The notes under the pieces were generated by a model. That model saw nothing but the letters and a program-made list of their open reading frames with translations. It was not told the DNA's origin and made no database searches. From a virus, in the IMG/VR virus record IMGVR_UViG_3300032030_000014, positions 131,919 through 158,157 of that record: DNA of 26,239 nt. One strand, written 5' to 3'. Shown here piece by piece: positions 13,683 to 24,244 of the stretch (its first letter is position 1; each line of letters begins with the position of its first letter). A program made the translations under genes and the position numbers.

Positions 13683-13990
13683 TTCATCAACCCCCGCAAT
13701 AATCCAATGGCTTCAAAGACTGTTTTTCGATACAAGGGAAAGTCAGTAACAGCAGCCATTGCTTTAATTCCTTCTAGTTTGGCTAATAACTATAAAAATT
13801 GCGGGTTCTCAATAAAAATCTCATTAAGTCCCGCAATTTCTAAAATTACTGTATCAAGTTGTTTCTACCAATCTTCATTATTTTCACGCATCGGAATTAA
13901 TTTCCACATCTAATTAGTTAATCTAATAATATTTTTTTCAAAAACTTCTGCGGAAATTTCAAAATCATATTTAGTTAGAGTATCTATCAT
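13679..13990 (-). CDS. Small hypothetical protein (about 103 aa, 3 in-frame TAG). The start is uncertain and could instead be the ATG at 13909.
   Basis: An in-frame ATG at 13990 follows a GGGGGG site 6 nt upstream and overlaps the end of the upstream gene by about 20 nt. Stop is TGA at 13679-13681. Confidence 0.4.
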
Positions 13991-14606
13991 AATAAACCCC
14001 CCAACCAAATACATCCCAATTAGAGCGATACATTCCATCATAAGAAGTTCCTGTATCTCTAATCATTCTTCTGCGTTTATATAATCTTTGCATGTGGATA
14101 GATTGAGTTTTACACTCGTTCAATAACCCCATCAATTTTTGTAAATGATTTGCTTGAGAAGTCATTTTAAAATCGCTACCAGAATATTTCATTCTAGTAT
14201 TTTCAATAGATGTAACCTGTCTTTGAACCCAGGCTTGCATCATAAGAATAGCAATAATATTAATTTCTTCAGATGTTAATTCAAAATTAAATACTGAATT
14301 TTCAACTAATACCATTTCTTCTTGATCATTCGCAAGCATATTATCTAAATCAAAATTATCTCCCTCTAATTCATGCCAAACAATACCCAGAACAAAATCT
14401 CCATCTGTAACTTCACTACGAGGTTTTACAACTGTATTTATCGTATAATCAGATAAATTACATCTTGGAAATTCAAAACCAGGCAAAGCGTCAAGAAGTA
14501 AGGTCTGTAAATCCCTTAACGTATCTTCTGGAGTTAATTCCACATACATATCATCGGTAATTTTTCCGAGAAAGCGGTCGTAAATAGTGCTAAAAGATGT
14601 ATTCAC
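13971..14606 (-). CDS. Hypothetical head-completion or connector protein (211 aa, no TAG).
   Basis: Intact standard-code ORF with a GTG start at 14606 after an AAGGGGG site and a TAA stop at 13971. Confidence 0.5.
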   Translation of the reverse strand: MNTSFSTIYDRFLGKITDDMYVELTPEDTLRDLQTLLLDALPGFEFPRCNLSDYTINTVVKPRSEVTDGDFVLGIVWHELEGDNFDLDNMLANDQEEMVLVENSVFNFELTSEEINIIAILMMQAWVQRQVTSIENTRMKYSGSDFKMTSQANHLQKLMGLLNECKTQSIHMQRLYKRRRMIRDTGTSYDGMYRSNWDVFGWGVYYDRYSN

Positions 14607-14627
14607 TACTCACGCCCCCTTAAAATA

Positions 14628-15209
14628 TTATCCTTCGTCGGCTTTCTTACTAATTACTTTATAATTGGTAGTAGTACGACGTCCTGCCGCAGCTGTTGTC
14701 TAAGGCTTTACTCTACGCTCTGGCTGAGCTGGTTCAATAAAGTCGCCTTCTTCTGCTTTTTCTTCTTCAATATGAACAAGAGCCTTATCAACATCAAAGC
14801 CAGTCTTTTCCTTCAAAGCCTTTCTCTTATTCAAATCAGTCAAAGGAAGTTGAACGGCAAGTGTCTTAATAAGATCAATTACTCCCAATGGAGCAAAATC
14901 AAGGGCATCAAGAAAAGCATCTAAAGAACCACGTAAAAGCAAATCTCTAACCTGAACCTCAGACATATCATACTCTACTTCACGATGAACATTCAAATCT
15001 GAAGTAACAACTTCATCACCAATTTGTAGAAATTGTTCAAGCATTTCACGTCCACCTGGTTGATAAGTTAGTTTTTCTAACTCACCAAAGGGAATTTTCT
15101 TTGTCTCACCGGGAGCAAATTCACGACGAAGATTGCTCTCTGGAATTCTATACACTACTGAACTTGCACTTCTATTTTTTACTAAATACATTGTATCTTG
15201 CTTAATCAT
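14628..15209 (-). CDS. Hypothetical head-completion or connector protein (193 aa, 1 in-frame TAG near the C-terminus).
   Basis: ATG at 15209 with an AAAGGAG site. Standard-code ORF 14700..15209 continues through TAG 14700-14702 to TAA at 14628-14630. Confidence 0.55.
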
Positions 15210-15232
15210 AATTATTCTCCTTTTTCTCTTAG

Positions 15233-15275
15233 TAAAAAAAGGGGAGAGGGGAACTTCCCCGTCTCCCCTTTTACT
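15233..15275 (-). terminator. Rho-independent terminator after the capsid gene.
   Basis: Stem GGGGAGAGGGG (15241-15251) / CCCCGTCTCCCC (15257-15268) with loop AACTT. An A-run at 15233-15240 gives a U-tract on the minus-strand transcript. Confidence 0.65.
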
Positions 15276-15301
15276 CTTTTATTATTTAATTATTTATAAA
15301 A

Positions 15302-16453
15302 TCAAGGATTTTGACCAGAAATAGGCTGATCGTCACTTACGCCACCATCAAGATAGCCACTCTTGCGGCCATCATAAGTTGCGATATTGCCATCAACGCC
15401 ATTGAGATTCCAATTAATCATCTGGCCAAGGAGTGATGTATCAACATAGCAGCAAATGTTGTTGGCAAGGATAGCAGTTACGCCAACCTTCTTGTAAACC
15501 TGGACTTCACGAGAACGGTCATAGTTATTGAATTCATCAACAATTGTGCCACCCTCGAAAGCGATTTTTACAGGCTTGCCATCAACGCCAGTAGGAATTA
15601 CCCAGCAATAACCTGGATCAATTACCTTACGAGTATTAGTTTCATCCTCAAAGCCTTGCTCAAGAATGATAACTTTTGTGCCCTTATAGTTTGCAAGACG
15701 ACCAGTATTCCAAAGCTCGGTCTTCATAGCTTCAGTATAACGCCAAGCTTCGTTAGGAATCATCTTTACAGCAAATTCATAAGTACAATAAATAGTAGGA
15801 GTACCGTATGCGGAAGCAATCTGGATAAGACGATCCATTGCACCCTCATCGAAACCAACAGCAGCAACACGGTTTGCTGGAGGAAGCTGATTGATAGAAG
15901 CCTTAAGGGCTGCAGCTACCTCTTTATAAATAAGTTCGTCCATACCTTCCATAATGATACGAGTTACTTCTGCGAAGTCAACACGACCATCAAGGAACTC
16001 TTCGAAGCCGATCTGAGCGGCTCCGCCGATGGCACTGGTACGTACTTCGAAGGCTTCCTTCTCGGCAGGACCGAGCTTGAAGACTTCGTAGATACCAGCA
16101 AGTCCAACACGTGTTACGAACTGCTTTGCACGGGCACGTGTATTAAGTGGACGACGGAATACAGGCTTATCACCCTGAGCAAACTGCTTAACTTCAGCGA
16201 ACTGATTGTAAGATTGCTCAACTTTCTTTGGAAGGACTTCATCAAGAGTCTCTTCAATCATAGAGAAAATAAGGTTCTTATTTTCACGATACTGTGCGTA
16301 AGTGCCAGCCAGCTCATTAAGCTCATTACGGAGAGTTTCATTAAGAGCAGCATAAGAAAGCTGCTGATCACCGTAAGAATAAGCTACAGGAGCAGAAGGG
16401 TCGGCCTTAGCAACTTGCTTCATTAAAGCAACTAAATTAGCTCTATCTAACAT
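15302..16453 (-). CDS. Major capsid protein, putative (383 aa, no TAG, GC-richer).
   Basis: Intact ORF with a GGAGAG site and a TGA stop followed directly by a terminator. It sits downstream of the portal/scaffold block. The sequence has a capsid-like feel, reminiscent of gpE-type or HK97-fold coats. This rests on my reading of the protein, not on a database search. Confidence 0.5.
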   Translation of the reverse strand: MLDRANLVALMKQVAKADPSAPVAYSYGDQQLSYAALNETLRNELNELAGTYAQYRENKNLIFSMIEETLDEVLPKKVEQSYNQFAEVKQFAQGDKPVFRRPLNTRARAKQFVTRVGLAGIYEVFKLGPAEKEAFEVRTSAIGGAAQIGFEEFLDGRVDFAEVTRIIMEGMDELIYKEVAAALKASINQLPPANRVAAVGFDEGAMDRLIQIASAYGTPTIYCTYEFAVKMIPNEAWRYTEAMKTELWNTGRLANYKGTKVIILEQGFEDETNTRKVIDPGYCWVIPTGVDGKPVKIAFEGGTIVDEFNNYDRSREVQVYKKVGVTAILANNICCYVDTSLLGQMINWNLNGVDGNIATYDGRKSGYLDGGVSDDQPISGQNP

Positions 16454-16471
16454 TACTCTTCTCTCCTTTCA

Positions 16472-17536
16472 TTAAGCGATACGCATAATCTTTACGCCAC
16501 GCTGATTATCAGGCATGGTGTAAATCTTAACAACCTGCCATACCATGTCGCCAGAAGCGGCACCATTTGTATCGGCAGAAGCCTTTTTTGTCTTGCAAAG
16601 AATACCCTTATCTCCAACATAGAGAGGATCTCCAACAGAAAGGGTCTCGGTAAATTCACCAGTAGAAGAATTTACTGCAAGATTAATTGTATTAGTGGTG
16701 AAAATATCACCAACGTTAGTCTTGAATACACGAGGAACCATCTGAGTGCCGGTGGGCATTCTCTTCTCGCGGTAAAGACCAAGGCGTCTCCAAGGATCAT
16801 TAGTGAAGCCCCACTCGTAGTAATCTTCCTTATCCTTGGTTACATCTTCCATCATATACTCAACAGGAACCTGAGTCTTAGAAGTACCATTTTCATCAAG
16901 CTCATACTGTTTGCCATTGTAAGTAAATACTTTTGCTTCATGGGTCTTAGCTGGGACATAACCATCTTCGCCCTCGGTGCCAGAGGCAGGAGTATCAGTA
17001 ATTGTGGTTGTGCTTACAGCATAACGCTTATCACCAATAGTAACTGTCTGTCCTTCAATATCAAGAGTGACATACTGGTTGAGAGTCATTGGCTTTTCTC
17101 TTACAGGATTACCATTATCATCAACAAGATTGAGTCTATGCCAATCCTTATATTCAATCTCAGCATTCTCATAATCATATGGACTATAAATACGAGCCTG
17201 ATAATCATCCTTTAACATTGCAAATTCGCAATCCCACTGCTTACTTCCATCTGGAAGGTTACGATAAAGCTTGATTTCGTTGTAAACGAGCATCCATTCA
17301 CCTGCGCCAGTGAAATCTACGAGACCAATGCCATTACCATTAGCAGCGTAATCATATTTTACGAACTGACCCTGCTCGAGAATTTCAATACTTGGATCAG
17401 CGGGTAACTGGGCATAAATTTGAGCTGTTCTCTGAGCAGAAAGATGATTTGGTTCAACTTGACCGTAGCCGAATTCAACATAACTAGCTTGAGACTGAAT
17501 AGGCATACGAGTCTTTAAAAAATCTTTAAACATCAT
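16472..17536 (-). CDS. Abundant head protein of unknown type, possibly a decoration or second capsid protein (354 aa, no TAG, GC-richer).
   Basis: Intact ORF starting ATGATG after an AAGGAGG site, ending at TAA 16472. It lies between the scaffold and capsid genes. Confidence 0.45.
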   Translation of the reverse strand: MMFKDFLKTRMPIQSQASYVEFGYGQVEPNHLSAQRTAQIYAQLPADPSIEILEQGQFVKYDYAANGNGIGLVDFTGAGEWMLVYNEIKLYRNLPDGSKQWDCEFAMLKDDYQARIYSPYDYENAEIEYKDWHRLNLVDDNGNPVREKPMTLNQYVTLDIEGQTVTIGDKRYAVSTTTITDTPASGTEGEDGYVPAKTHEAKVFTYNGKQYELDENGTSKTQVPVEYMMEDVTKDKEDYYEWGFTNDPWRRLGLYREKRMPTGTQMVPRVFKTNVGDIFTTNTINLAVNSSTGEFTETLSVGDPLYVGDKGILCKTKKASADTNGAASGDMVWQVVKIYTMPDNQRGVKIMRIA

Positions 17537-17557
17537 CGTTCAGTTTTCCTCCTTTTA

Positions 17558-19123
17558 TTAGTTTAATGTTTTTGCGGTATTTATGGCAGCTCTTACCCAA
17601 GCTGGAGTAGAGCTGTCATCTCCTTCGTCTCCATTGAGGTTATAAGTAGTTGGACCTTCGGGGGTATTGCCTTCCTCGGTCTTGAAACTAACCTTATTGC
17701 GGAAACAAATGACTGAAAGCTTTGCCTCAATATCATCAAGAGAATATTTATCAATGTTGTCAATAACATCTTTCTTATCCTCATCTGATAACATATAAAA
17801 TTCAGCAATCTTAGCTTCTTTTTCTACGCGTTCTGCCTTAGACTTAAATTTGCGTAAAGAAGTAAGTTCACTATTAAGACCCTCAATTGTTGTATTAAGG
17901 GTGGCAACCTGGGCTTCAAGATTAGAATAATTAGTCTGAAGTTCAACATATTCAGGAATTTCATCTAATGTATCATAAGAATATTTCTTATTCTTCTTCT
18001 TTTCTTCCTCATCATCATCATCAGACTTTTTATCTTCTTCTGAATCATCTTCAGATTTCTTTTCTTCTTCTTCACCAGATTTGCCCTTTTCTTCCTCTTC
18101 TTCATCCTTTTTCTTGGCATATTCAGCATTATATGCTGCAACAGCCTCGGCAGAAAATTGTGGTTCTGCGGCAGGAACATAAGTCTTTGTTACTTCAACA
18201 AGATTTTCATCTGCCTTGAAACCTTCTGCTTCTGAAATGGAGAAGTTTAAACGATAGTATTTTGCTTCTGCACGATCATACAGAATAACAAACTTTTGCC
18301 CGCCATTCTCTTCGAAAATACCATCAATAGAATACTTGGAGCACCAGCTATCATTCTCGTCTGGATATTTATCAACTATATACTAATGAATAGCAGACCA
18401 AAGTTCGTCGCCAATTTCAACTGCATAAGTATTAAACACTTTCGTTCCTCCTTCTGTAATTAATTCTTTTACTTCATTTATCATTGCAAACATTTTCTTT
18501 TTAAAAGAATCATCAATGACAAGTGAAAAAGATGTAATTTGTGAACCTTCAAAGCAAGGTTCAAATTTTTCTCCTAAAATGCAAAGTTTTTCAACAAATG
18601 CTTCATTAATAATGAAAAATTCAAGGTCGCTATTCTTATCTTTTGTCCAATCAGCTTTTAAAGTTTCTTCATCAAGTTCCATAGACTAATTATTGCCATT
18701 TGTCTTAATTCTTTTTGCTTCTGGATAAACATGATCCCAAACATAACCTTCAGTACATAAATACTCATGTTCAGACTATGCATCATCTATATAAGTAGCA
18801 AACCAAATCTTTGCATCTGTAGAAACAAAACCATAAGGTGTGGTTGTATCTGTGATTTTCCATTCACCACCAGAAATATCTATCTGACGATTGTGTTCTT
18901 CAAAATCTTCATCTTTATCATTGAAAAAACCAACAATTGGACATCCTCTTAAACTGGGTGCCATTTCTCTCGCAACATCCTTAGTAATAATACTACCATT
19001 GCGATTTGGTTCATCACCAACATAACACACCTTAATCAATACCTTTGAAATAAAAGGACTGATTTTTGTACTCTCAATAAATTCAATAGGAGAATTTAAT
19101 TTTAATACACTTGAATGTTTCAT
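17558..19123 (-). CDS. Head-maturation/scaffold fusion protein (522 aa). The N-terminal globular domain may be a prohead protease and carries 3 TAG. The C-terminal acidic coiled-coil scaffold domain carries none.
   Basis: ATG at 19123 with a GGAGGG site. Standard-code fragments 18776..19123, 18383..18682 and 17558..17794 are in one frame. Hand translation from 18776 to 17794 is continuous with no TAA or TGA. The central stretch reads DEEEEEKGKSGEEEEKKSEDDSEEDKKSDDDDEEEKKK, followed by coiled coil. Stop is TAA at 17558. Confidence 0.55.
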
Positions 19124-19134
19124 TTCAACCCTCC

Positions 19135-20817
19135 TTAGCTCATAGATTCTTTGTTCTAAATTGTTTTTTCACTTTTCTAATCATCTGCTTTCTCTGGACG
19201 CCCTGCTTTTTTCTCTTCAGTGCCAGCCGCAGATTTCTTATTAGAACCAGAATTATTCTGTTCTCCTGTCTTACTTTGATTATTTGTATTACCATTTTGT
19301 CCTGTTTTGCCCATTAAATCTGCCAAGTTCATTGTAGAACTTAAAAGATTTGGTAACATCAATTCAGCAAGATGAAGAACTTCATTCTCAAAGTGAGCAG
19401 TATTCAAAATAAAACTCTGTGAATGTCCAAGAGCAATCTGAGGTAGAATCTTGGAATGACCCATCTGGGACTATTCCTTATAAAGTTTAGACATATTCTA
19501 ATAATTATATTGTGTTGTTTCCAACATATAAAATCTAAACGCATACTTCTTTTTATTCGTATTCTTATCCTATACTATTCTATCAAATAAAATCACGAAT
19601 TGCAATAGTAAATTCCGCACAGTGGACTCATCTTCTAAAATTGACTTCTCTAATGCTAAATTACCTTCAGTATTAAAGACATTTTTAGAAACACCTGCGG
19701 CATTATAAACAGTTCGTTCTACTTTTGCTAAATCATCTCTTGTTGTTGTAGTATTTTTATCAGACATATCAATACTTTCAACATCGGCAAAAGTAGTTAA
19801 AACATCAACGCCAATAGCTCGCTGTAGCATCGCCACGGCATTGTTATGAATATCCTAAGCTTCATCAACATCAAAAATTAAATCGCCATTCTTATCCAAT
19901 GGCAACTTTTGAATAATAATTTTTAATAACTGTTGCATTTGCTTACGTCTGTCTAAGTCCTAAGCCTCATCCAAATCCAGCAAATAAGGAATAACATTTA
20001 TAAATGCAGGAATATCACTGCCATTTATATTGAACTTAAAAGCCAATCCAGGAGTAAGCAAATACCATCCTCCTGGCAAACCTTTATAATCGGGCTACAA
20101 CTTTCCTTGTTTAAATAACATATATCCTTTTTTAAATTCATCAGGAAATAAATTTAAAATTCTCATACGATAATTTACATCACCAAAGGTATCAAAAAAA
20201 GCCATATTAAATTCAATAGCAGGCATACCTTTTACAGAATATCGAGTGCGGCAATACTCAATTGGAAGTTCTTGAATAACTACTGAATCATCTGATGGAA
20301 CTAAATATCCATAATAACATCCATCAATTAAAACTTTCAAAGCCATTTCTCCGCAAACTTTCTTTATATAACTATTATCTAAAAAATTTAATAATTTAGA
20401 AAAATCTTTTAAAACTTTCTCTTCTTTTACTGTATCATCTAAAATCTCTGGCACAATATACCAATCATAGCGATACATAAAAGCAACATACTAACATAAT
20501 TTCTAATAAATACCACTTGTCTTATAAAAGAAACGAGAAAAGGCACGAAGTGTATTATAATCATTCTCTAAAAGGGCTTGATATAAACGACGCTTATCCG
20601 CAAATGGGGCTCTTGGCGCAACTGATTTTAAAGCACCAAGTTCTAATACTGCATCATCAAGTTGTTTTACTCCAACTTTAATTTTCTTAAATTCATTATC
20701 AGCAGTACGATATTCCACAATGCGGCCATTGCTTATCATATCAAAACCCTTAGAATAAATGGTCTCTTTGCGGCTTGGCGCAACTAAGCCATCTTTGGCA
20801 AGTTTATCAAAATCCAA
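19135..20817 (-). CDS. Portal protein, putative (560 aa, at least 8 in-frame TAG).
   Basis: TTG start at 20817, 7 nt after a GGAGG site, and the only start codon after the upstream in-frame TAA. Standard-code fragments 20503..20817, 20095..20478, 19570..19836 and 19177..19464 share one frame. I scanned the gaps and found only TAG. The C-terminal tail is Gln/Asn/Lys-rich and disordered. Stop is TAA at 19135-19137. Size and position after the large terminase fit a portal. Confidence 0.55.
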
Positions 20818-20838
20818 ATGATTTACCTCCTCTCTAAA

Positions 20839-21195
20839 TTAATAGCCAGCCTTATGCATTATATAATCATAAGAAATCAAATTCTCTTCTGTATAGGGAA
20901 TTTCAATTAGTTTAAAATCATGTAAAGCACAAAATCTTCGCTTTCGGTTATCATTGTATTGCTACTAATAAAGACCACGTTTTCCACCAAATTTGGAACT
21001 GGCCTCGTAATGCTATTTACCCTAATATTCTATAATAAAGTCAATATTTCCATCATCATCAAATACAACAAAATCAAAACGAAGAGGTCTGCCGCTGGCC
21101 GCAACTAAATCAGGAAAACTATATTCCTCTTTAAAATTAAATCCTGCATCTATCAAAATTTCTTCTATTCTAATTTCTCCTCTTGACGCACGCAT
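20839..21195 (-). CDS. Vsr/DUF559-like endonuclease-fold protein (PD-(D/E)xK superfamily), about 118 aa with 4 in-frame TAG. Possibly a free-standing homing endonuclease.
   Basis: ATG at 21195 directly after the terminase TAA, with an AGGAGAGG site. Translation reads MRASRGEIRIEEILIDAGFNFKEEYSFPDLVAASGRPLRFDFVVFDDDGNIDFIIEYQGKQHY. The FDFVV...IEYQGKQHY stretch resembles the Vsr/DUF559 core. Stop is TAA at 20839-20841. Confidence 0.45.
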
Positions 21196-21208
21196 AACAA
21201 CCTCTCCT

Positions 21209-22963
21209 TTAATTAAGAAACATCCATTCTTTAGCATTAAATTTCTTTTTCTTCTTTTTATTATCTTCTTCAACTTTTATGTAATATAATCCATATGAGA
21301 ATGCTGAAAATTTATCCTTTTTAATACCTTTATTAGCCTGTTTTAGAATAATATTAGTACCTTCATTTTCTTCACGGAGATTCATCATCTCTTCTTTTAA
21401 TATGGAAGTTAGGGTAAATGGTTTTAAATAAATTGACCTTTCTTCTGGTTTCATATTCTAACCAACTTTAGTGCCTAATAATTTTATCTTAGCGTCTCTT
21501 TCATCAATTAGCATTTTTACTTTTCCAGAAGATAGATTAACCTATGTATTTGCATAGACCTCTGTGTTGATTGGGGCATTCGCCTTGAGAATATAAATTG
21601 CATTCTCTTCACAATCAGCAGTTCTATACTTTTTATAAGTTTCTACCGCATCATCCTGGGTGCCGCCATATACGCCGAAATCTGGCAAAGTATCTCCAGT
21701 CTCTGGATCAATAGATGGCTTTACCATATAGTCAAGTAAACCAATACCAAGACCATTACCATCAATTACGATGCGGCGAGCTTTATATTTATAATATAAT
21801 TTCTTTAATTCAAGAGCCTAATCACCAAAATGTTCATCGGTGATGGTGTAAATATTTACCAAAGATTTTAACGAAGGACCTTGCGGCTGCGGCGTTACCT
21901 TGAAAACGCAAACCACTGTATCGCAGCCCTTACGACCAACATCAACAGAAAGAATATAATAAGCATTTTTACCAATGCGTCCAGATGCTTCATATTCTGG
22001 CTATTTCAAAATTCTGCCGCGATTAAACATTTCAGAATTGAAATAAGCATCTTCAACGTCACCAGTCCAACGTGATTCATATTCACGTTCAAAAGATGCC
22101 TCATTGAAAGTTCCTTCATCTTTCTGGTCTTGAATAAATGTTTTACTTTGTAGTCCTACTTCAACAGGAAGTCGCCAAGTTCCTCCAATTACCATACATC
22201 GTTCAGGCTGCATAACCATACGAACCAAGAAACCAATCAGTCTTGTATAAGGTAATGTGCCTTTATAACCGGCAGTAGTAACGAAAACTTGGCTTTTATT
22301 TAGTGTTTCTTCTGGATGTTGCTGACCGTCCATTGCACGTCTTGAAATAGCCATAATAGGGATAATGACTTCACGCAAGATTTGGTCATCAACACCGACG
22401 CATTCTTCTACAAGTCCACCATGACGACGCTTACCACGAGAACTTTCTCTCGCCGCAATGTTATCAATAGTTGAACTATTTTTAAAAACGTATTTACAAT
22501 AATCTTTTCCTTCAAGAGTTTTACCTCTACGTCTATCAATCTCTCTGTCAAAAGATGGTATCAAAGTGCAAATTTCATTTACTTTATCTTTTAGAATACC
22601 GGCAGCCTGTTCTTTACCACCAGAAGTTACAAACAGATTGGCTCTTGGATAAAGTACGCATCTTACCATCAATGCCATAACAGATAGGAAGGATTTAGAA
22701 TAAGCACGAGGGAACACCGCATACACATATTGATGACGCATAACTGAACGCAAGAAAACTCTTTGATAAAAATAAAATTTAAATTCTCCTTCTTTTTGTT
22801 CTGTCCGCGTCCCTCGGACCATAAAATCAACAAATAAATCCGGATACTCTCTCCAAAACGCAATATAATCTCTTAAAAAAGGTTTAATTGCTTCAACACG
22901 TTCTTCAGAAAGTCCGATTTTTTGTCGTTTAGTATTTAAATTTAATAAGTCTTGAAGAGCCAT
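21209..22963 (-). CDS. terL: Terminase large subunit (584 aa, about 5 in-frame TAG).
   Basis: The ATG overlaps the upstream TAA as TAATG at 22963, with GGAGG upstream. Standard-code fragments 22001..22963, 21542..21727 and 21209..21454 share one frame. Hand translation between them is continuous. Stop is TAA at 21209-21211. Size, the N-terminal ATPase-like region and the C-terminal acidic nuclease-like region, and coupling to a small upstream gene all fit a large terminase. Confidence 0.7.
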
Positions 22964-24204
22964 TATGTATTACCTCCTCGTTCATTTTCTTTAGCAAGAA
23001 AATCCAGGAGGTCCGCATCGCTGGCTTCCTCATTATCTAAGAATTCACTATAATCTTCAAAATCCTAATCGTGAAGCTATCCTTCTAATGCTTCAATATC
23101 GTCCTCAAGGAGGCCGGTATCAACTTCACCATCATCAGCTGCGGCCGCAGCCTCATCTTCTTTTTGGTTAGCTTTAATTGCTTCTTCAATAAGATTTCCA
23201 AGATTTGTTTCTTCTGTAATAAGTGTTTTAGTATAACGTTTCATATCCAAGATAGTCTAATCAACTTTATCATTTGGTTCATCAACATAATATCTTGGAA
23301 TAAATCCATCTTTTTCACACATCATTACAAGTTCACCAACAGAATCAACATATTCACCATTTTCAGCTTTATTCTAAGCCGCAGTAAATTTACCAGACTT
23401 CATTAACTAATCATAAACTCTTGACATCTTTTGGAAACCCTCAACATCACCAATATCAATGAGTTGATTTGCCTTTAAAGACGTTTTACACAACAATTTC
23501 AAGTTATCTTCATGTCCGGCACCTTGTATATCATATGAATTCATCATATCATTATATAACTATTCAAGACGAACCCATTCTTCTGGCTTATATGTTTTAC
23601 CCCATTTTAACCGTAGATAAATTCTATCTTCATCGGTTAAATCAATTTCATCATCTTCAGATGCACCAGATTGTTCAGCAAAATAATCTTCATCACCGGA
23701 TGCCAGAAAAGGATTTTTTGGTTCTGGTTCAGTAAATACCGGTGGTGGTGCATTCTCCGGAACAGTAAAAGCCGCACGCTCATTTGCCAAAGCAATTTGT
23801 TGAGCATCATACCCCTACTGTTTCATAGTTTGTTCTCTTTTTGATTTTTCTAACTCTTGTAAAAATTCACTATCTTTCCAACGATAATCTCTATGTTGCT
23901 TTAAACGCATTTTGGAAAGGTATCTACCAACAATAGTTAAACCCGTTACTTTACTTTTATCTTTTGCGTATGTCGCCATCAACTTATTCCACTCTTCTGG
24001 GATATAAGGCACATCGGCTTCCTGTAAAATCCAGAGATAGGTATCAGGATTCCAGTTATCAACGTGCATTGTCATACACTTTTTACAAATCGGGAATTTG
24101 CCGTCATTAGGATATTTTTCTAAATTATTTGAAGAATAAAACTAATCAGCAGCCATTGTTCGATTACATTTTTCACAATAGTATTGTTTACTTCCATCAG
24201 GCAT
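22963..24204 (-). CDS. Zn-ribbon protein, candidate terminase small subunit (413 aa, 7 in-frame TAG, very acidic C-terminus).
   Basis: ATG at 24204 with a perfect GGAGGA site. Hand translation runs continuously through fragments 23815..24075 and 23560..23790 to the TAA that overlaps the terminase ATG. The N-terminus reads CEKC-x25-CKKC. The plus-strand ORFs 23164..23406 and 23469..23735 are antisense artefacts. Confidence 0.4.
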
Positions 24205-24244
24205 AAAAATTCCTCCTTCTACTAAGAATAAATTTTACGCTGAC

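Noticed and set aside
17965-18180. Lys/Arg-rich minus-strand ORF MFLPQNHNF...KKRKKRANLVKKKK.
   Set aside because: It is an alternative frame of the poly-acidic scaffold region (GAA/GAT repeats read out of frame) and is not in the frame that connects 19123 to 17558.
1361-23735. Plus-strand ORFs in the track (1361..1723, 6899..7093, 10197..10610, 10758..10988, 10822..11097, 12687..12872, 13707..13913, 15133..15324, 15656..16426, 16940..17215, 17968..18219, 18767..18952, 19111..19317, 21881..22075, 23164..23406, 23469..23735).
   Set aside because: All lie antisense inside continuous minus-strand genes. They lack ribosome-binding sites and are low-complexity. The 256-aa ORF 15656..16426 is the antisense of the capsid gene.
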